Position numbers and translations under genes: made by a program
Source: Lingula anatina
Lineage: Eukaryota > Animalia > Brachiopoda
Direction of reading: 5' to 3'
NCBI GenBank assembly: GCA_051362555.1
Contig: CM120641.1
Location: 48,180,401 to 48,244,400 of the forward strand
Length of the DNA: 64,000 nucleotides
Notes under the pieces: generated by a model
Database searches by the model: none
What the model was told of the DNA's origin: nothing
Seen by the model: only the letters and a program-made list of their open reading frames with translations
Shown: one piece after another, positions 1 to 14,544 of the stretch
Numbering within the stretch: the stretch's first letter is position 1
Layout: the number at the start of each line of letters is the position of its first letter

Positions 1-199
1 AAAAATGATGACAGTGCATAAAATAATATAACATAATGTTTAAAGACATAAAAAACAATACAACTGCTTATGTAGAAATACAGAAAATGTGCAGAGCCCC
101 AGGCAGATGAGAGTTAAAAGTCACAAATGCAAGTGTTTGAGAAAAAATTATAAAGGAAAACAATAAAACTAGAAAAGCACTTTGAGAGTGCAGACCTCT

Positions 200-405
200 G
201 CCAAGGCAGCAATTGTTGATTATTATTGATAATTGATTGATTATTGATCCAGACCACCACCAAAAATTAATCATTGTCCTCTTTGGCCCACTTCCGACAG
301 TTCCTGAAAATTTCTGCAAAATCGGTCCATAACTTTTTTGTGTTATGTGGATGACAGACAAACAGGGGTGAAAATATAACCTCCTTGGCAGAGCTTGAGG
401 TAAAT
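200..405 (+). mobile_element. Non-autonomous Helentron/HINE (DINE-1/pearl-like) 3' fragment
   Basis: Ends in acagacaaacaggggtgaaaatataacctccttggcagagcttgaggtaa, a short microsatellite followed by a terminal acctc..gaggt hairpin typical of this class. Confidence 0.5.
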
Positions 406-449
406 ATAATTCCAATGAAGATGCTATTCAAACTTTTAATCTTCCAGTT

Positions 450-550
<101 letters not shown>

Positions 551-769
551 AAACTTATTTGCAATATTAAACAAAATTTACCTGCATAATTATCACTGCT
601 TCCTTATTATTAATCTAGCAGAGAGCTTTACCTATGGGAGTTTACAGGGAAATATCAACAAGTGTGCTTTACGTAATCTCATTTAATGGCCTATTAAAGC
701 AAATGACTTTATAACTCTGAAATTAATCTAGTGATACCCAAGGGTAATTTACAGACTGACCCACTCAAA

Positions 770-1980
770 GGTCTTCAGGCCCATAAGTCACACCTTAAGA
801 AAAGCACAAAACCATAATGCCCAAAATAGGAGACTACCAATCTTGATGCAATAATACATTATGTTTAACTGCACAGTCAACATCAACTTATGCACAACAG
901 GTCACACAGACGAAAGTAAAAGCATAAGGCTCCAGGCCCATCAGAGTTCAAGTTTATACTTAGAAAGTGCCAGAATGAGAAAAATGAAAATTTCACAAAA
1001 AATGCATAAATACAATAAACATGATAATCCAATAGAGCTGGTTTTCTCATGAGCTGAAGGCCAATCCTAAAAATCGTACTTGTAAGTTTAAAATTATAAT
1101 AAGTGGCGCAGTTTTCTTTTCATAATGTTTGCAGTAGCAGTGCAAAAAGATTGTTGTCAATTTTGATGTAACATTACATAATAAATTAGAGAATAATTAT
1201 CACCAATTTTTGTTTATTGAATATAAATAGGATGGACATGTAGAAAATATGATTACCATTTGGCTTCATGTCCATGGGAGCTCCGAGTCCCACAATGAAT
1301 ATGCCAAAAAGATAATGAATATTACACTAAAATGTATAACTTCCAGAAAAAGAAGCCAATTAGACTGTTTTTCTAACTCAGGCTGCATTTTAGTCCTGTG
1401 TTTCTTTTTTGAAAGTTTGACAGTCATAAGTAACACGGTTTTCCCATAATGGTCATCAAGGCAGCAGCACCAAAAATTGTGTTTTCTTCTATTTTGATGC
1501 AACATTACATAATGCTTAACAGCATAATGACCATCGATTTTTAATAATAAAATATAAGTGTCATGAATTTTCACAAAATGTGACTAGCATGGGTCTTCAA
1601 GCCCGTGGAGGTTCTAAGTCACGCCTTGGAAATGCCAATATGTGAAAAATTAAATTTTCACAAAAAACTGTTTAATTGCCAGAAAAATTTACCAAACAGA
1701 CTGCATTGCCTACTGAAGCTGTATTTTAGTCCCATGTTTCTTTCCTGTAAGTTTGAGAACAGTAAGTGACATGATTTTCCTTAAATGGTCATCATGGGAG
1801 CAGTGCCCAAAATAGGGGTTTCTTCAAATTTTGATGGAATATTACATAATGTTTTACAGCATAATGACCATCAATTTGTAATTATAAAATATTAGTATCA
1901 TGGTTATTCAGAAAATGTGACAAGCAAAAGTCTTCAGGCCCATAGAACTTCAAAGTCACATATTGAAAATGCCAAAATGT
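770..1980. repeat. Degenerate tandem repeat with units of about 340-360 bp
   Basis: Recurring gtcttcaggccc..aagtcac..aaatgccaa (about 771, 1593, 1930) and ttttgat..cattacataat..ataatgaccatc (about 1160, 1492, 1830). Confidence 0.6.
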
Positions 1981-2384
1981 AAACAAGACAGCACTTTTCT
2001 GAAATGGGTTTATTTCCATTTTTAACACTTTTTTAACATAAAACAAAATAAACATTTTACTGCCATTTTTTATATGACCAATGAAGAAAATTGATGAGAT
2101 GGGAAAAGTATCAATAGAACAGTGTTAAATGTCCAACTTCCTCCATTCTGAGATTCTGAACATAGTGGATGAATGCATCTGACAAACTGCAATGATATGA
2201 GTTTATTTCCATTTTTGACACTTTATTACACAATACATGATAACAAGTTTACCATTATTTTTAAAAAATCAACTAACAATGTTGTAAAGATGCAGGAAAT
2301 GTCAAACAAACACTTTTACGTATCTTATTAGTTCAATAATGAGACTGTTAACATGCCTAAGAATTGAATGTGAGGAAATGTGAA

Positions 2385-3335
2385 AAAACAGCATAACTTC
2401 TAAAATAATGGACTGATTATGCTGCTTTTCAAACTCAACCTGCGTTTTAGTAAGATTGGCCCCTCCTGTGAGTATAATGACAATTGGCCAATCTGTTTTT
2501 CTTATATTGTGTTATCAGTGTTGCATATATACTGAAAAAAGTGAAAAAACAGCATAAATTCAATATAAGTGACCCGATCGTGCTGATTTTCAAACTTGAC
2601 CTGCGTATTATGAATATTTATCAGTTCTGTAAGTTTCAAGCCAAAAGGTAAAATGGTTTTCCACTTATCGTGTTATCGGTGCTGCACATATGCTGAAAAA
2701 AGAGAAAAAATAGCCTAAATTCACTAAAAATGACCCAATCACGCTGATTTTCGAATTTGATCTCCGTATTATGTATATTCATCAGTTCTGTAAGTTTCAA
2801 GCCAAAAGGTAAAATGGTTTTCCACTTATCGTGTTATCGGTGCTGCATATATGCTGAAAAAAGTGAAAAAACAGCATAAATTCCATATAAGTGACCCGAT
2901 CATGCTGATTTTCGAACTCGACCTGCGTATGATGAATATTCATCAGTTCTGTAAGTTTCAAACAAAAAGAAAAAACAGTTTTCCACTTATCGTGTTATTG
3001 GTAAAAGTGCACGGCGACGGCGACGACGGCAACGATGGCGACGGTGACGACAGACGCAGATGACGGCTATATGTACAGACACATCTGTGTCTGTACATAA
3101 AAAAGCATAACTTCCCTAAAAATGACCCGATCATGCTGATTTTCGAACTTGACCTGCGTATAATAAATATTCATCAGTTCTGTAAGTTTCAAACCAAAAG
3201 GTAAAACGGTTTTCCACTTATCGTGTTTACGGTTAAAGTGCACGCCAATGGCGACGGCGACGGCGACAGCGATGGCGACGACAGACGCAGATGACGGCTA
3301 TATGTACAGACACATCTGTGTCTGTACATAAAAAC
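2385..3335 (+). mobile_element. HINE/pearl-like element: about 160-bp core repeats, (GAC/GGC) microsatellite and 3' hairpin, with the terminal module duplicated
   Basis: Core gctgatttt..gacctgcgt..tcagttctgtaagtttcaa at about 2582, 2743, 2904, 3135. Perfect hairpin tatgtacagacac-atct-gtgtctgtacata at 3070-3099 and 3301-3330, each followed by an A-run. Confidence 0.7.
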
Positions 3336-3494
3336 ATGATTCACTTTAGTTACACTATATCTCCAAACAAAAAAATTATCTAAATTTTCTAGCATTGTGC
3401 ATTATAAGCATAGACTAGTCATCATGTACATTTACAATGATACTGACTCAAACAGTTTACATATAAAAACAATGCAGAGTCAAACAACACTTAC

Positions 3495-6400
3495 TATCTC
3501 CAGCCGACACTTGGATCACAAACTTAGCACAATAACGCAGTTTGTAGCACTTGTAGTCCAGCATGAAGGGTGGGCGCGTCCAGTGGTAGTTGATATACAG
3601 TCCATTCGTACTGGTGTGAATGGACTGCGGGAGGCCATATTTGGTGCCATTGGTGACCGTGATGTTGGCAATAAGGGGGCCAGACCTGGTGTTGCCTTCC
3701 CTGAATACCATGTAACCAGTGACAAACTCTTCGGTGTCCATTTCCAGAAAATCCACAGTCAGGACTTGGTCATGCCGGGCATTGAATAGCTGAAAGTGAC
3801 CAGGAAACAATTATATCAATAGAACTACAATTATTATATGCCATTATGTATTGTAACAACTGAAGTTCCTGTGAATTCAATATTTAGAGTTTAGATAACA
3901 CTTTTTAAACACATGTAACTGTCTACTACAATACAAAATTTCTGTCGTTAAGTAAGATATGTGTATTCATTAAATTATTTTTTTCTTTCAACTCACCAGC
4001 CCACATGGAGGACTCAAGTATGGATGGCCACCAATGACCATTGGATAACTAGGGTCTGTCAAAGTGGGTCGGCTGCAAAATGCCAGCCTCTCCTCGTCAT
4101 AGACATAATTACGGATATCTGCCACTTCCACAAATGCACCATCCCCAAAATTGTGGTGAAGGTCAGAGTTTATTATGTGAACTTTCCCAATATGTGTGTG
4201 GGCTGTTATCCCATGACCTAAAAGATAGTGAATAACACTGATCATTAGCTTTGTTATGTAAGTCAAAACAAAGTGAGCATAATAGTAGATTTAAATTTTA
4301 TATATAAAAATGAAACTAAAAATGGTACAATCAAATTTAAGTTAATCGTAAGGTAGGTGAAAGGTCATTTTCAAGGTCACAGTAAATTGCCAGTATATGA
4401 CTTCCTATTCAAGTTCAATAGTAACTATGGACCTATCTCTGCCAGGTTTGGAGTTAAAAGAGAAAGAAATTAGCAGAGTTCAGTTCATGATTATAAGTAG
4501 ATCAAAAGTCAATTTCAAGGTCACACTTAGATTGTCAGTATATGACTTCCTATTCAATTTCAATAGTAACTATGGACCTATCTCTGCCAGTTTTGGAGAT
4601 AAAAGGGAAGCAAAATTTGCAAAGTTCAGTTCATGGTGAAAAATAGGTCAAAGGTCAATTTCAAGGTCACAGTAAGATTGCCAGTATATGACTTTCTATT
4701 CAAGTTCAATAGTATCTATGGACCTATCTCTGCCAGTTTTGCAGATAATAGGGACTAAATGTTATAATTTTGGAGTTACCATAATGTGCCATAAATTTCC
4801 TACAGAAAAAATTAATTAAAATAAAGAAAAGGTCATTTTGGTCAAAATTTTTGGAATGGGAGGTGCTCTGAAGTTCCAGGTGTTCAAATTTCATGAAATA
4901 TAATGTCATTTTTGACCACAAGTTGTCTGCTTTGCCAACCTTATGTATTATTTTTCCGGAGTTCAAAATTTATTATCCATTACCATACTGCACATTTTGC
5001 TTTCACCACCAATATGTATTTTTTGATACAGCGTAACTTTAGAGATAAAAGGGAAGCAAAATTTGCAAAGTTCAGTTCATAGTGAAAAGTAGGTCAAAGG
5101 TCAATTTTAAGGTCACATTTAGATTGCCAGTATATGACTTCCTTTTCAAGTTCAATAGTAACTATGGACCTATCTCTGCCAGTTTTGGAGATAAAAGGGA
5201 AGCAAAATTTGCAAAATTCAGTTCATGGTGAAAAGTAGGTCAAAGGTCAATTTAAAGGTCACATTTAGATTGCCAGTATATGACTTCCTTTTCAAGTTCA
5301 ATAGTAACTATGGACCTATCTCTGCCAGTTTTGGAGATAAAAGGGAAGCAAAATTTGCAAAGTTCAGTTCATGGTGAAAAGTAGGTCAAAGGTCAATTTC
5401 AAGGTCACAGTAAGATTGCCACTATATGACTTCCTATTCAACTTCAATAGTAACTATGGACCTATCTCTGCCAGTTTTGGAGATATAAGGGACTAAATGT
5501 TATAATTTTGGAGTTACCATAATGTGCCATAAATTTCCTACAGAAAAGATTAATTAAAATAAAGAAAACATCATTTTGGTCAAAATTCTTAAAATAGGAG
5601 GTGCTCTGAAGTTCCAGAAGTTCAAATTTGATGAAATAATGTCATTTTTGACCACAAGTTGTCTGCTTTGCCAAGCCTCATGTATTATTTTTCCAGAGTT
5701 CAAAATTTATTATCCATTACCATACTGCACATTTTGCTTTCACCACCAATATGTACTTTTTGATACAGCATAACTTGAAAACCGTATGGAATACAAAAAA
5801 ACGGAGACCACCTCCAGTGTTGGGCTTTACATGCTCTACAAAATGCAAAAAAGAATGGGTCTCTAGCATTAACGGTTCCCAAATTAGAGACAGTTTTCAG
5901 TTTCGGTACTTTATGGCTGCTACTCCCGTGAAAATGCACCGATTGACCCCAAATTCACGGAGATGAAAGATGACCCGAAGGGTAACACTTTCCAATAATA
6001 TTATTGGTTAAGTCTGCGTGGTGTCTGAATAACAGGGCAAAAAAAATTTTTTTCGTAAAAAATTTCTTTTTTTTGAAAATTTTGGCCCGTTTGACCTTGA
6101 AATAAAGGTCAAAGGTCAAATCCAAGGGCATATTTGAAATCTACACATATGACTTTTGGAAAGCTGTCTGTAGAAATTTTTCCCATAACTCCTTCCTTAG
6201 GGTAGATAATTAGCATTTAATTTTGCCATTTTTAGACAAGGGTGCATTGCAATGAGTGCCACACCTAGACCCCAATACCGACAAAGCCCAAATTTTACGT
6301 GGAATGAGTTGAGATTATAGGTGACCTAAATCCAAGAGATGGGTACAGGGGCCCTTACTGTCTAGGAGGAGAAGCGGTAACGGTGACTTGGCGGCGGAGC

Positions 6401-9400
6401 CACAGGAGCCGGCGGAGCTGCAGGAGCCGGCGGAGCCGCAGGAGCCGGCGGAGCCGCAGGAGCCGGCGGAACATACGGGTCGGGACTAAAACCATGGGTA
6501 CCGCCAGCGCCTACGCTGGTGGTACAATAATACTGTGCCTCTAATATATATTTATCATCATAGTGAGGGAAAATAAAAACCTTCTTGATAACATAAAAAA
6601 TATGTTACAGTACTATTTATCAATACAAAATACTGATCATTATTAGATGTTTTCTAACTCAAATAAAATGTTCAGATTATTAATGAAAATACCACTACAT
6701 AATTTCAAGTTATATAAAAAGTTTTATTCATTTAAGAAAACTGAACACTACCTAGCTATGACAAATATTTCTTGTACAATACCATACCTCTATTTTCATA
6801 CACGTTACTGTCGTGGACAATGACTGGAGTTTCACAATAGGAAAAATTTGTCCCATGGTGAGCATTCCAGCGGAGATTCACATTTTTCAAGATAGGTACA
6901 AATGGACTGGCTGCAAGGGCTGACCTGGGGAAGCCGTCCCTGTCCCTGCCAGCAAACTGAATGTCCACGTATTCTAATACGGAGGCTGATACATTGTAGC
7001 GTTGATTGTAGTCCACTATTCTCCTTCTGGTTGAGTTGTATAGCTCAATGCCTTGCCAGTGATCCGTGGCAAAGTCTGAGGCCAGTTTATCTTCACAACG
7101 GAGTCCCACTGTGTCTTGATGAGCTAAAACCAAGATACATGTTAGGATGTATTAGAGAATTGAAATGAGGCTTTACTGGTCTAAAACCAAGATGTCAGAG
7201 GGTTTAATTGCATTAAATATAATGCTTTAATTATATGGTAAAGGTAATGAAGGAGCCAGGTTAGGGTTTCCTGCAAACAAAAAGTTTGTTTTACAATGAA
7301 TACCTATTACTCAAATATCAGTCATAGAACTGATTTTCACCTCTTTTACGTGTTTTTGTAAATATATGCACATAACTGTCATTGACGTAAACATAATTTT
7401 GAATGGGAGATGAGAGCAAATTTACTTCTTTCTTTATTTTTTGTTTGTTTGAACTTGGTCGACCAGTTAACCTAGCTGTAAATAACCTTACCACATATAG
7501 TTCTCCCAATTTTAATGTCAGTGTTTCCTGGGCAGTCAAAAATACTTCTTTCATATCCATAGCAGGCAGGCAGCTCATACATCATGGTCCACGTGTCATT
7601 GGTCCACAGTGTACTGTTAAAGGTGAAGTTTCCAGAGTTGTAGCCAAGCTGTCTACAGGCAACTTCAGCGTCTATCTGGGTCCAGCTGAAAAGTAAGTGT
7701 ATATATAGCCAATTGAATGTTAATTTTCTGTAAATGTTTTTTTCTCTTTGGCAGCCATTAATTATCGTAGAAATTATAAGCACGTTTTAACCATTGTATA
7801 AACTATATGTTCGAATAAATAAAGAGCAATTATTATTAAGTTTTTTATCTTTTCTGTAACAAAACCAGAATGGTCTAAATGAAAGTGAAACTAGCTGAAA
7901 ACCAAATATCGTATAGTTATAGTTTCCCTTCCTTTTCTTCGATAAGTCAGCGTAAGGTTGTTCTCTTCCCATGCCATAACCATTCTGTGCAGTATCTCGA
8001 ATACCAAAGTATAGATAATATAACTTTTAAGAAACTAGATTTTAAATCATCGATGAATTCATTTAAATCACCCGGCTAACGCAGACTTGCTTGCTAGGCA
8101 ATAGCGCATACCTTGTAGATGTCGCTCAAAACAAGATAGTCTAAATACCAGTCTACATGCAGTTATTAATCAAACCAAAAGAAACCACGTAGAGCAAATC
8201 AGGCGAGGAAAAGGAAAAATTTCATAAGGACATCAGCTGCCTTAGACTTTGAAATTGTCGTCCAATAACATTTTAATATTTACACAACCTCATACCCTAA
8301 CGGCTCCGTGGTGTAGCGGTTATCACATCTGCCTAACACGCAGAAGGTCCCCGGTTCGATCCCGGGCGGAACCACTTTCTTTTTTTTTTAAGTATCTCAA
8401 GCTTTTATTTATTTTCTGCAACATACAAATAGCTTTATTCTGATCTAACTAGACTATAGACTTTAGTAGACACAGAAGATAACGAAAAATAATAAAGCCT
8501 TCAGTAGGCTTATTGAAAAGTAGGTATACTGTCAAGAACAGCAAGGCTGGTCAGGCTTCATGCTGACGGTTCCATAATTCTAGGAATCTAAATGATGATT
8601 AAAACATCTATTTGTATGTAGTGGATGTATCTGAAATTCGTCAAATAATGCATGTGATTCAATAATAACCCCAAATTCAAAAACAGACATAACGAAAACA
8701 TTCTACCAAGACATTCACGTTTTGATCTTAATTCCCTGAAAATGAGAGGCAGACTTACTTTCTGTAGTTAGAGCAGACGTATCGCCATCTTCCTCTATGA
8801 TACATCTGCACGCGACCCTCGAGGAACCTGCCCTCTTCTCCCTCTACCATGCGGATATCACTGGGCCAGCGAGAGAGGTCCGGGTTTCCCGAGCCGTCGT
8901 CATTTTCCTTGGTGAACACAATACGGTCCGTCGGGGTGCCCTAGACAAAAGAGGAATTTGATTTATTTTAATATTAATGTTCAAAGGTGATTTTCTTATT
9001 TTTTATCGTCAATTTGGCGTATTTCTTTCCATCTTTTTTTCTCTCTTTGTTTCAAATCAAACCTACGAAAAATCAAGCAGCCATAGCATAAGAGGTATCT
9101 TAAACGGGAGAAGCTTTTGAGCGGGACACTAATGCAAATAAGACCAGTAAAAATATACATGAAGCTGTTGAACAATTACATCCAGTTATATAATAACTGT
9201 AATTTCATTTGTATTTTAAAAATTGTTTGAGCTTTCTGTAACGAAACGATGTACACAAGCGCCTGAAATGTGTAAGACTGAAAGCCATGGGACGCGTACC
9301 CTACCCTACCCTACCAGTGCCGGGCAATATTCAATAAAAAAACACTTCCTCTACGATAACGTCGGAAAGCAAACACCATAAACTTTTCTCAATTATGGAC

Positions 9401-11282
9401 ATGTGATATGTTCTATGATAAACACGTAGGATCCCATAACATAGAATATTTAATCATAATATATATTCACAGCGAATATCCAACTAAATACATGTAGAAC
9501 AATTAATTAAGAGACAGACGCCGGGGTCCTCACATGTTCTGTCGCGCGCTATAATTAGTTATATTTATATTACATCATTTCGTACCATAGGTCTAGTATC
9601 ATGTCATCAAAACATCCTCGGCAACTGGCCACTTACGAGATATAACTATATTATCAGACAATTTTATCAGTTACTTCATCGGTACTCAGTTGTGAGACAT
9701 CTGAATCTGCAGTGTATAATAAAAGATACAGACTGATTTTCCAACAATTTATTTCAATTTAAAAAAATCATCAGAAAAAGAGGAAAGTCCATTACAAACT
9801 TTTTTAATATTTTGATATTCATTATTTCTGAGGAGAGGAGTGACGATGTTGACGATGTTTCAAGCAGTAGCCTGTTAGCTAACCCTCTGTCACAGCTACA
9901 GGAAAACAGTTTTAAGGAGAGCTTCTCCCTACAATCTTCTCATGCAAGAAATAAAGACGTTCCTATAGATCTACACCGATCTTATGTGCGCAGAGCTCTC
10001 TGTTATTCCAGTGTATATCAATGAAATGAAAAATCGACCCAAAGGACAGACAATACACTTCCATTTACGTAATAACCATGCTGAATGTGTACACTTGTTT
10101 TCATGATCTTCGTGTACCAATAAAGGATAACTACGGCTGGGGCAAATTGACAGTGAACTTGTTCGCTTCTGGAAAGTGTGTAATTAAATCTAGTTCCCTT
10201 TCTTTAATAAACGCTACACTGTTTTTCTTACATTTGTGAGTGCTCCCAGTGTCTGTGACCGCTCCTAATATGTCAATCTAAAGCAAACTCGCTGCTTTTT
10301 AATACCCATGACTATAGATGTGATACCTTCCTTCAATGCCACATCAATTAATCGTTATTTTTCTACTTTTTATTTAAAAAAAAAATGCTATAATTCAAAA
10401 TCCAATGAGAAGTACTTTTTTGTGATTCATGCCTTCCTAGAACTAATTTTTCCGTCCTGAAAATTTGTCGACAGTAGTTCATACCAGTTATTTTGTCAGC
10501 TACAAAAATAAATGATTTACTTTCAAATTTTCGTTGTAAAAACTACTCCCGGTGCCGAATGATGTTGTTGGACATCCTATATTGGTGACTTAACACACTC
10601 TCTTATGAACATGTATAACAATTTGCTGGTGGGTGGCTCTAGATAGAAAATTTAAATCCATTACAGAAAGACCTAATATGATTAAAGCCACGAAACTAAA
10701 GACAATAGTCAATCATATCATGGAAGATGTACTTCCATGATTACATACATGTACATGCATCTCAGTTCAGATATCACAGCTATGAAAAAGAACGCAGTAA
10801 ATCAAAGACATAAAAAGTAAGATATAGCATTTTTATATATATTCTGACTCAGATTTATACAGCCACTGAACCTTTATGTAGAAGTGAGTCACAACATTCT
10901 GTTAATTTAGTTTACAAGCTTAATCTAATATTTATGGAAATACCACGAGCCTGTGTATTGTAAACATAAGATCTAATTATATTGACCCAGAGGATAAATC
11001 AAACAGGTTGTTGCTGATTAAAGCTCTTACCTTAGCTATCAAGGTACCATTCACCAGAAACTTTACACCTGGAGAAAATTTCACAGTGACTCCAGGTTGG
11101 ACTGTCAGGGTACTCCTTTTATCAACATGCAGGTCGTCTTTCACAATATAAGGACTGTTAGCTCGTAGTAATGTGGTATCGCTGTCTATAACTCCTGATA
11201 GTACTTCTTCACATGCCGTGAAAGTCAACGTAGAGACGATTATCAACACACTTAACACTGTACCTGAGATGGCCGCCGCCAT
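3495..11282 (-). CDS. Protein bark beetle/Anakonda-like SRCR + pectin-lyase-like + CUB-like protein, first 6 coding exons; gene continues left of the window
   Basis: Exons 11031-11282, 8759-8940, 7492-7685, 6788-7123, 3997-4217, 3495-3789, all GT-AG and phase-compatible. Signal-peptide-like N-terminus (MAAAISGTVLSVLIIV), then SPYIVKDDLHV..LTVQPGVTVKF..NGTLIAKGTPTDRIVF, SRCR motifs EGRVQMYHRGRWRYVC..WTQIDAEVACRQLG..CYGYERSIFDC, then WQGIEL..LEYVDIQFAG. This order resembles bark-like proteins (family recognised from memory). Confidence 0.8.
4350..6530 (+). mobile_element. Helentron/HINE-like composite: 146-bp tandem units, an internal duplication (offset about 737 bp), an 18-bp minisatellite and a terminal hairpin
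   Basis: Unit aggtcaaaggtcaattt..tatatgacttcc..tatggacctatctctgccag with period 146 (5091, 5237, 5383). 4720-5035 is repeated at 5457-5775. (ggcggagccgcaggagcc)n at 6391-6470. Hairpin gtaccgccagcg-ccta-cgctggtggtac at 6498-6525. Confidence 0.65.
8302..8374 (+). tRNA. tRNA-Val(AAC), antisense within intron 2 of the bark-like gene
   Basis: 73-nt cloverleaf: anticodon stem TCTGC/GCAGA, loop CTAACAC (AAC at 8335-8337), T-arm CCCGG-TTCGATC-CCGGG, downstream T-run (Pol III terminator). One acceptor-stem mismatch (C3:A70). Confidence 0.93.
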
Positions 11283-14200
11283 CTTGGTTTGTGACTAGCC
11301 GTTAAAGTGTTTACCTATGTCTCATTCCTGGCCTCGACCTGGAGGGACTTGACACACTCAGACCAGGTGGGAGACGCCGAGGACGACGTTAATTACACCA
11401 CTAATTAAGTGCCTTTAATCAAACACACTGATGAGATTCGTAATAGACCTCATCAAAAATCGGTTTGGAGATATTCAAATTGCATAGCATTAATCGTAGT
11501 GGTGAATTTAATGCTGAGGTGTATTGAGGACGCACATCGGTCACGTGACTTAAAGAGTGTCGCTTTGTTTGATACAGGTGAATAACAATCTTCTGAATCA
11601 CCGCTCTGCTCTGACAGAAGGCGGGAAGTGCACTCCTACGCAAAACACCAAGGATCAGAGCAACGACTTTTCTCACAACACAGGGGAATGCAGAAGATGG
11701 ATAAAAAATTAACATTTTTTCATGTGTTTAAATTGTTTTTATTTATTACTATTATTACTATTGCGGTTTGCGAACAATTTAGGCAAATATAAGCAAAGGC
11801 TAGGTCAATTAAAAGGAAAATGATCCACTTACACATCACAAGGAAAAGACCTGCGCAAAACAGCTATCCGATATATTAACAAACATTGAAACAAATCGAA
11901 GACCTCGTTTCCTAAGACCGAAAGCTAGTGCGATTTTACAGGACTAAATTCTGTTCGAAAATCAAAGACGGGTTTCCACTTTAGATTTTGCGTGAATCTG
12001 CTCCCATCCCCACCCCAAAACTCCAATATTGAGGTGACTGTCTTGAATGCTTGATTCTCCATAAGTTTCGTGTCCACTTTAAAAATAGGCACGCGCTTTT
12101 CCACATAATTCTGGCTTTAACTCTGCACCCGACGTGCGGGTAAATCGAAATTAAAATTAAGATTTTCAAGTTTCAAACTCCATGTCTGAAAACTTGGAGC
12201 AGATGACAATTAAAACAGCCCATTGAAGTTACGTAAAAGTGAAAAGGTTAAAACCTGGTTAAAATCTGAATTCACCTTAGAGGGCGTCTGAGCCAGGCGT
12301 TCCGCGGGGGAGGGGGGTCGGAGTTATTTATTGGCAATTATTGAAGCGTATGACGTGTTTTAATAATCCGACTAAAATAGTTTAAAAGATCATCAACTTT
12401 ATGAAATTACTTTCACTTTCCACCCTTTTCATTTCTTGTGTGTTTAAGGTTCATGATACGATATGGCTAAATGACCCCCCCTCCCCCCAAATAAAAAAGT
12501 GGAACTTTCTTAAAAGGTAAATCACAGTTTTTGATGTTTAGTCATTGTTATCGGAAGCAATTACGCAACATTTGATTAAATAGTGAAAAAAAAAATTGGA
12601 TCTCATATTACCTCTCAATAGTTTTGTTTTACTTATTTAGTTATCTCTGTACGTTGTATACGCATAAACGTAAAGCAGTTTTTAACTAGTTGTCACAGTA
12701 GAGAGCTTGTTAAAATTTATTTGCAAACACATAAGTGCTAAATAAAGTATCATTAATATAAAAATTACGGTAAAAATTACCCACGGAATCTTTTTTTCGA
12801 CTTCAACATAATTAAAAAAAGTTATGAGAAACAATAATGAGTGATATAAAAGCTGGTACGCAATTCGCTTACAGTTTCTATCGCTGGTACGCAATTCGCT
12901 TAGAGTATCTATCAAAACAGAGCAAACAAAAGTACATATATATTAGCCTAAAATTGCAATTGACTATAGTTGAAAACTAGGAACTAATGAATATGACAAC
13001 AATAATGGCTGAAAATGCAGGAATTTACTTAAGTTTTTTTGTGATTTGTATAACGCCATTCCCTTTGGGAAATTCTTGACACAAGCATTTGTAAACATTT
13101 CATCAACACAATCCTTTGGCATTCAACCACAAAATTACAATTACAGAGACTAATTAACAAGTTTCAATATCACATACTACACTGCACTAAATCTTTAACA
13201 AAAATCTTACTCTTGCAACCAGCAGACAAAACGCATTTGCAATACAAAATCATTTACACAATCACCTTTAGCAATAAAATTCCTGAATTACTGATGAATT
13301 TCTGTATATGGACTTTCTAAAACTAAAAAGGAAGCATAAAATTTACAAAAATAAAAAACATATATCTTTAAACCCACAAAAGAGGAAAGAAATAATATTA
13401 AATGAAATTTACTACAGTATGGGACAAAGCATTGAAAAAATCACCCACATCCTTCCCCCAACATAATATAACTTTACACTCCAGAAAAAAATATTAGATA
13501 TTTAATCAAAAAGACTTTCAAAACCATCACTGACATAATTCTTTTTCAAAATATTTCACAATAAATGGCAAAAAAAAAAAAAAAAAAAAAAGAAAAAAAA
13601 AATTAACCAACAAATCTTTGTGCTACTTTACCCACATTACTGTGTCTTGTAACAAAAAGTGAAAATTTTCCCCATAAGTTACTTAAAACTGAAAAATGTC
13701 CAAGTATAAAATCCTGTATTTGCAATATCAGTAGTAGGCCTCATAGGTAAGTAGGTCAGTCTTACTTGTTTTGACATCCCTGCAATTTAACACAAATATG
13801 CAATTTCTTCATAGCAAAATGCAATATTAAGAAGATGTGATATAAATTCATTACAGTAATACTACATGGTTAATTCTGAAATAATGCTATAAGTAGATTT
13901 TGTACATATTACATAGATAAAAAATATAAATCTAATAATGTCTTATGGAATGTAAACCTTCAGCTTTACTGAAGCAATGCAGAAAAACAATTGTCTCTTA
14001 TAACAGACCAGATCAACTTTTACTATCTACCAGAAGCCAGCAGAACGCCTTCAATTCTGGCAAAAACCTCTCTCACAGTACCGAATATGTGCACAGAATT
14101 AGTCAGAACATATTTTGTGAAAATTCAGCAAAAATAATTTCTGACTCTGTGACTTGTATTACATCATGGATACATTTTTTGATCAAAAGAAAAAACTCAA

Positions 14201-14544
14201 CATTTAGAAACATCTAGCAAGATAAATTAGAAGAACAGTAGTAACTTTCTGATACATGATCTTATAATTACAAAAAAAAATTATATTTCTATATAGCATT
14301 TGTAGTGCTTTTACTGCATAAATTAGAGGTGTAGGGTAGCCTGTTTTTTATTTTGTTGCTATCATTCAATAAGAATGTTGCAACTTTAAAAAATAATGAC
14401 TTAAAAATACATTATCTGTTAAATTTACAATTTCTTCCCCCCCCCCCCCCCCTGAATAGAGATATCGACCTTAAGTTTATATATCATATAATATAGCAGC
14501 TTATTTCACAACCTTCATTGCACACCCATAATTGGTTCTCTGTG

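Noticed and set aside
4350-5500. CRISPR-like regular repeats
   Set aside because: Whole units repeat with no unique spacers, no cas genes, eukaryotic intron context.
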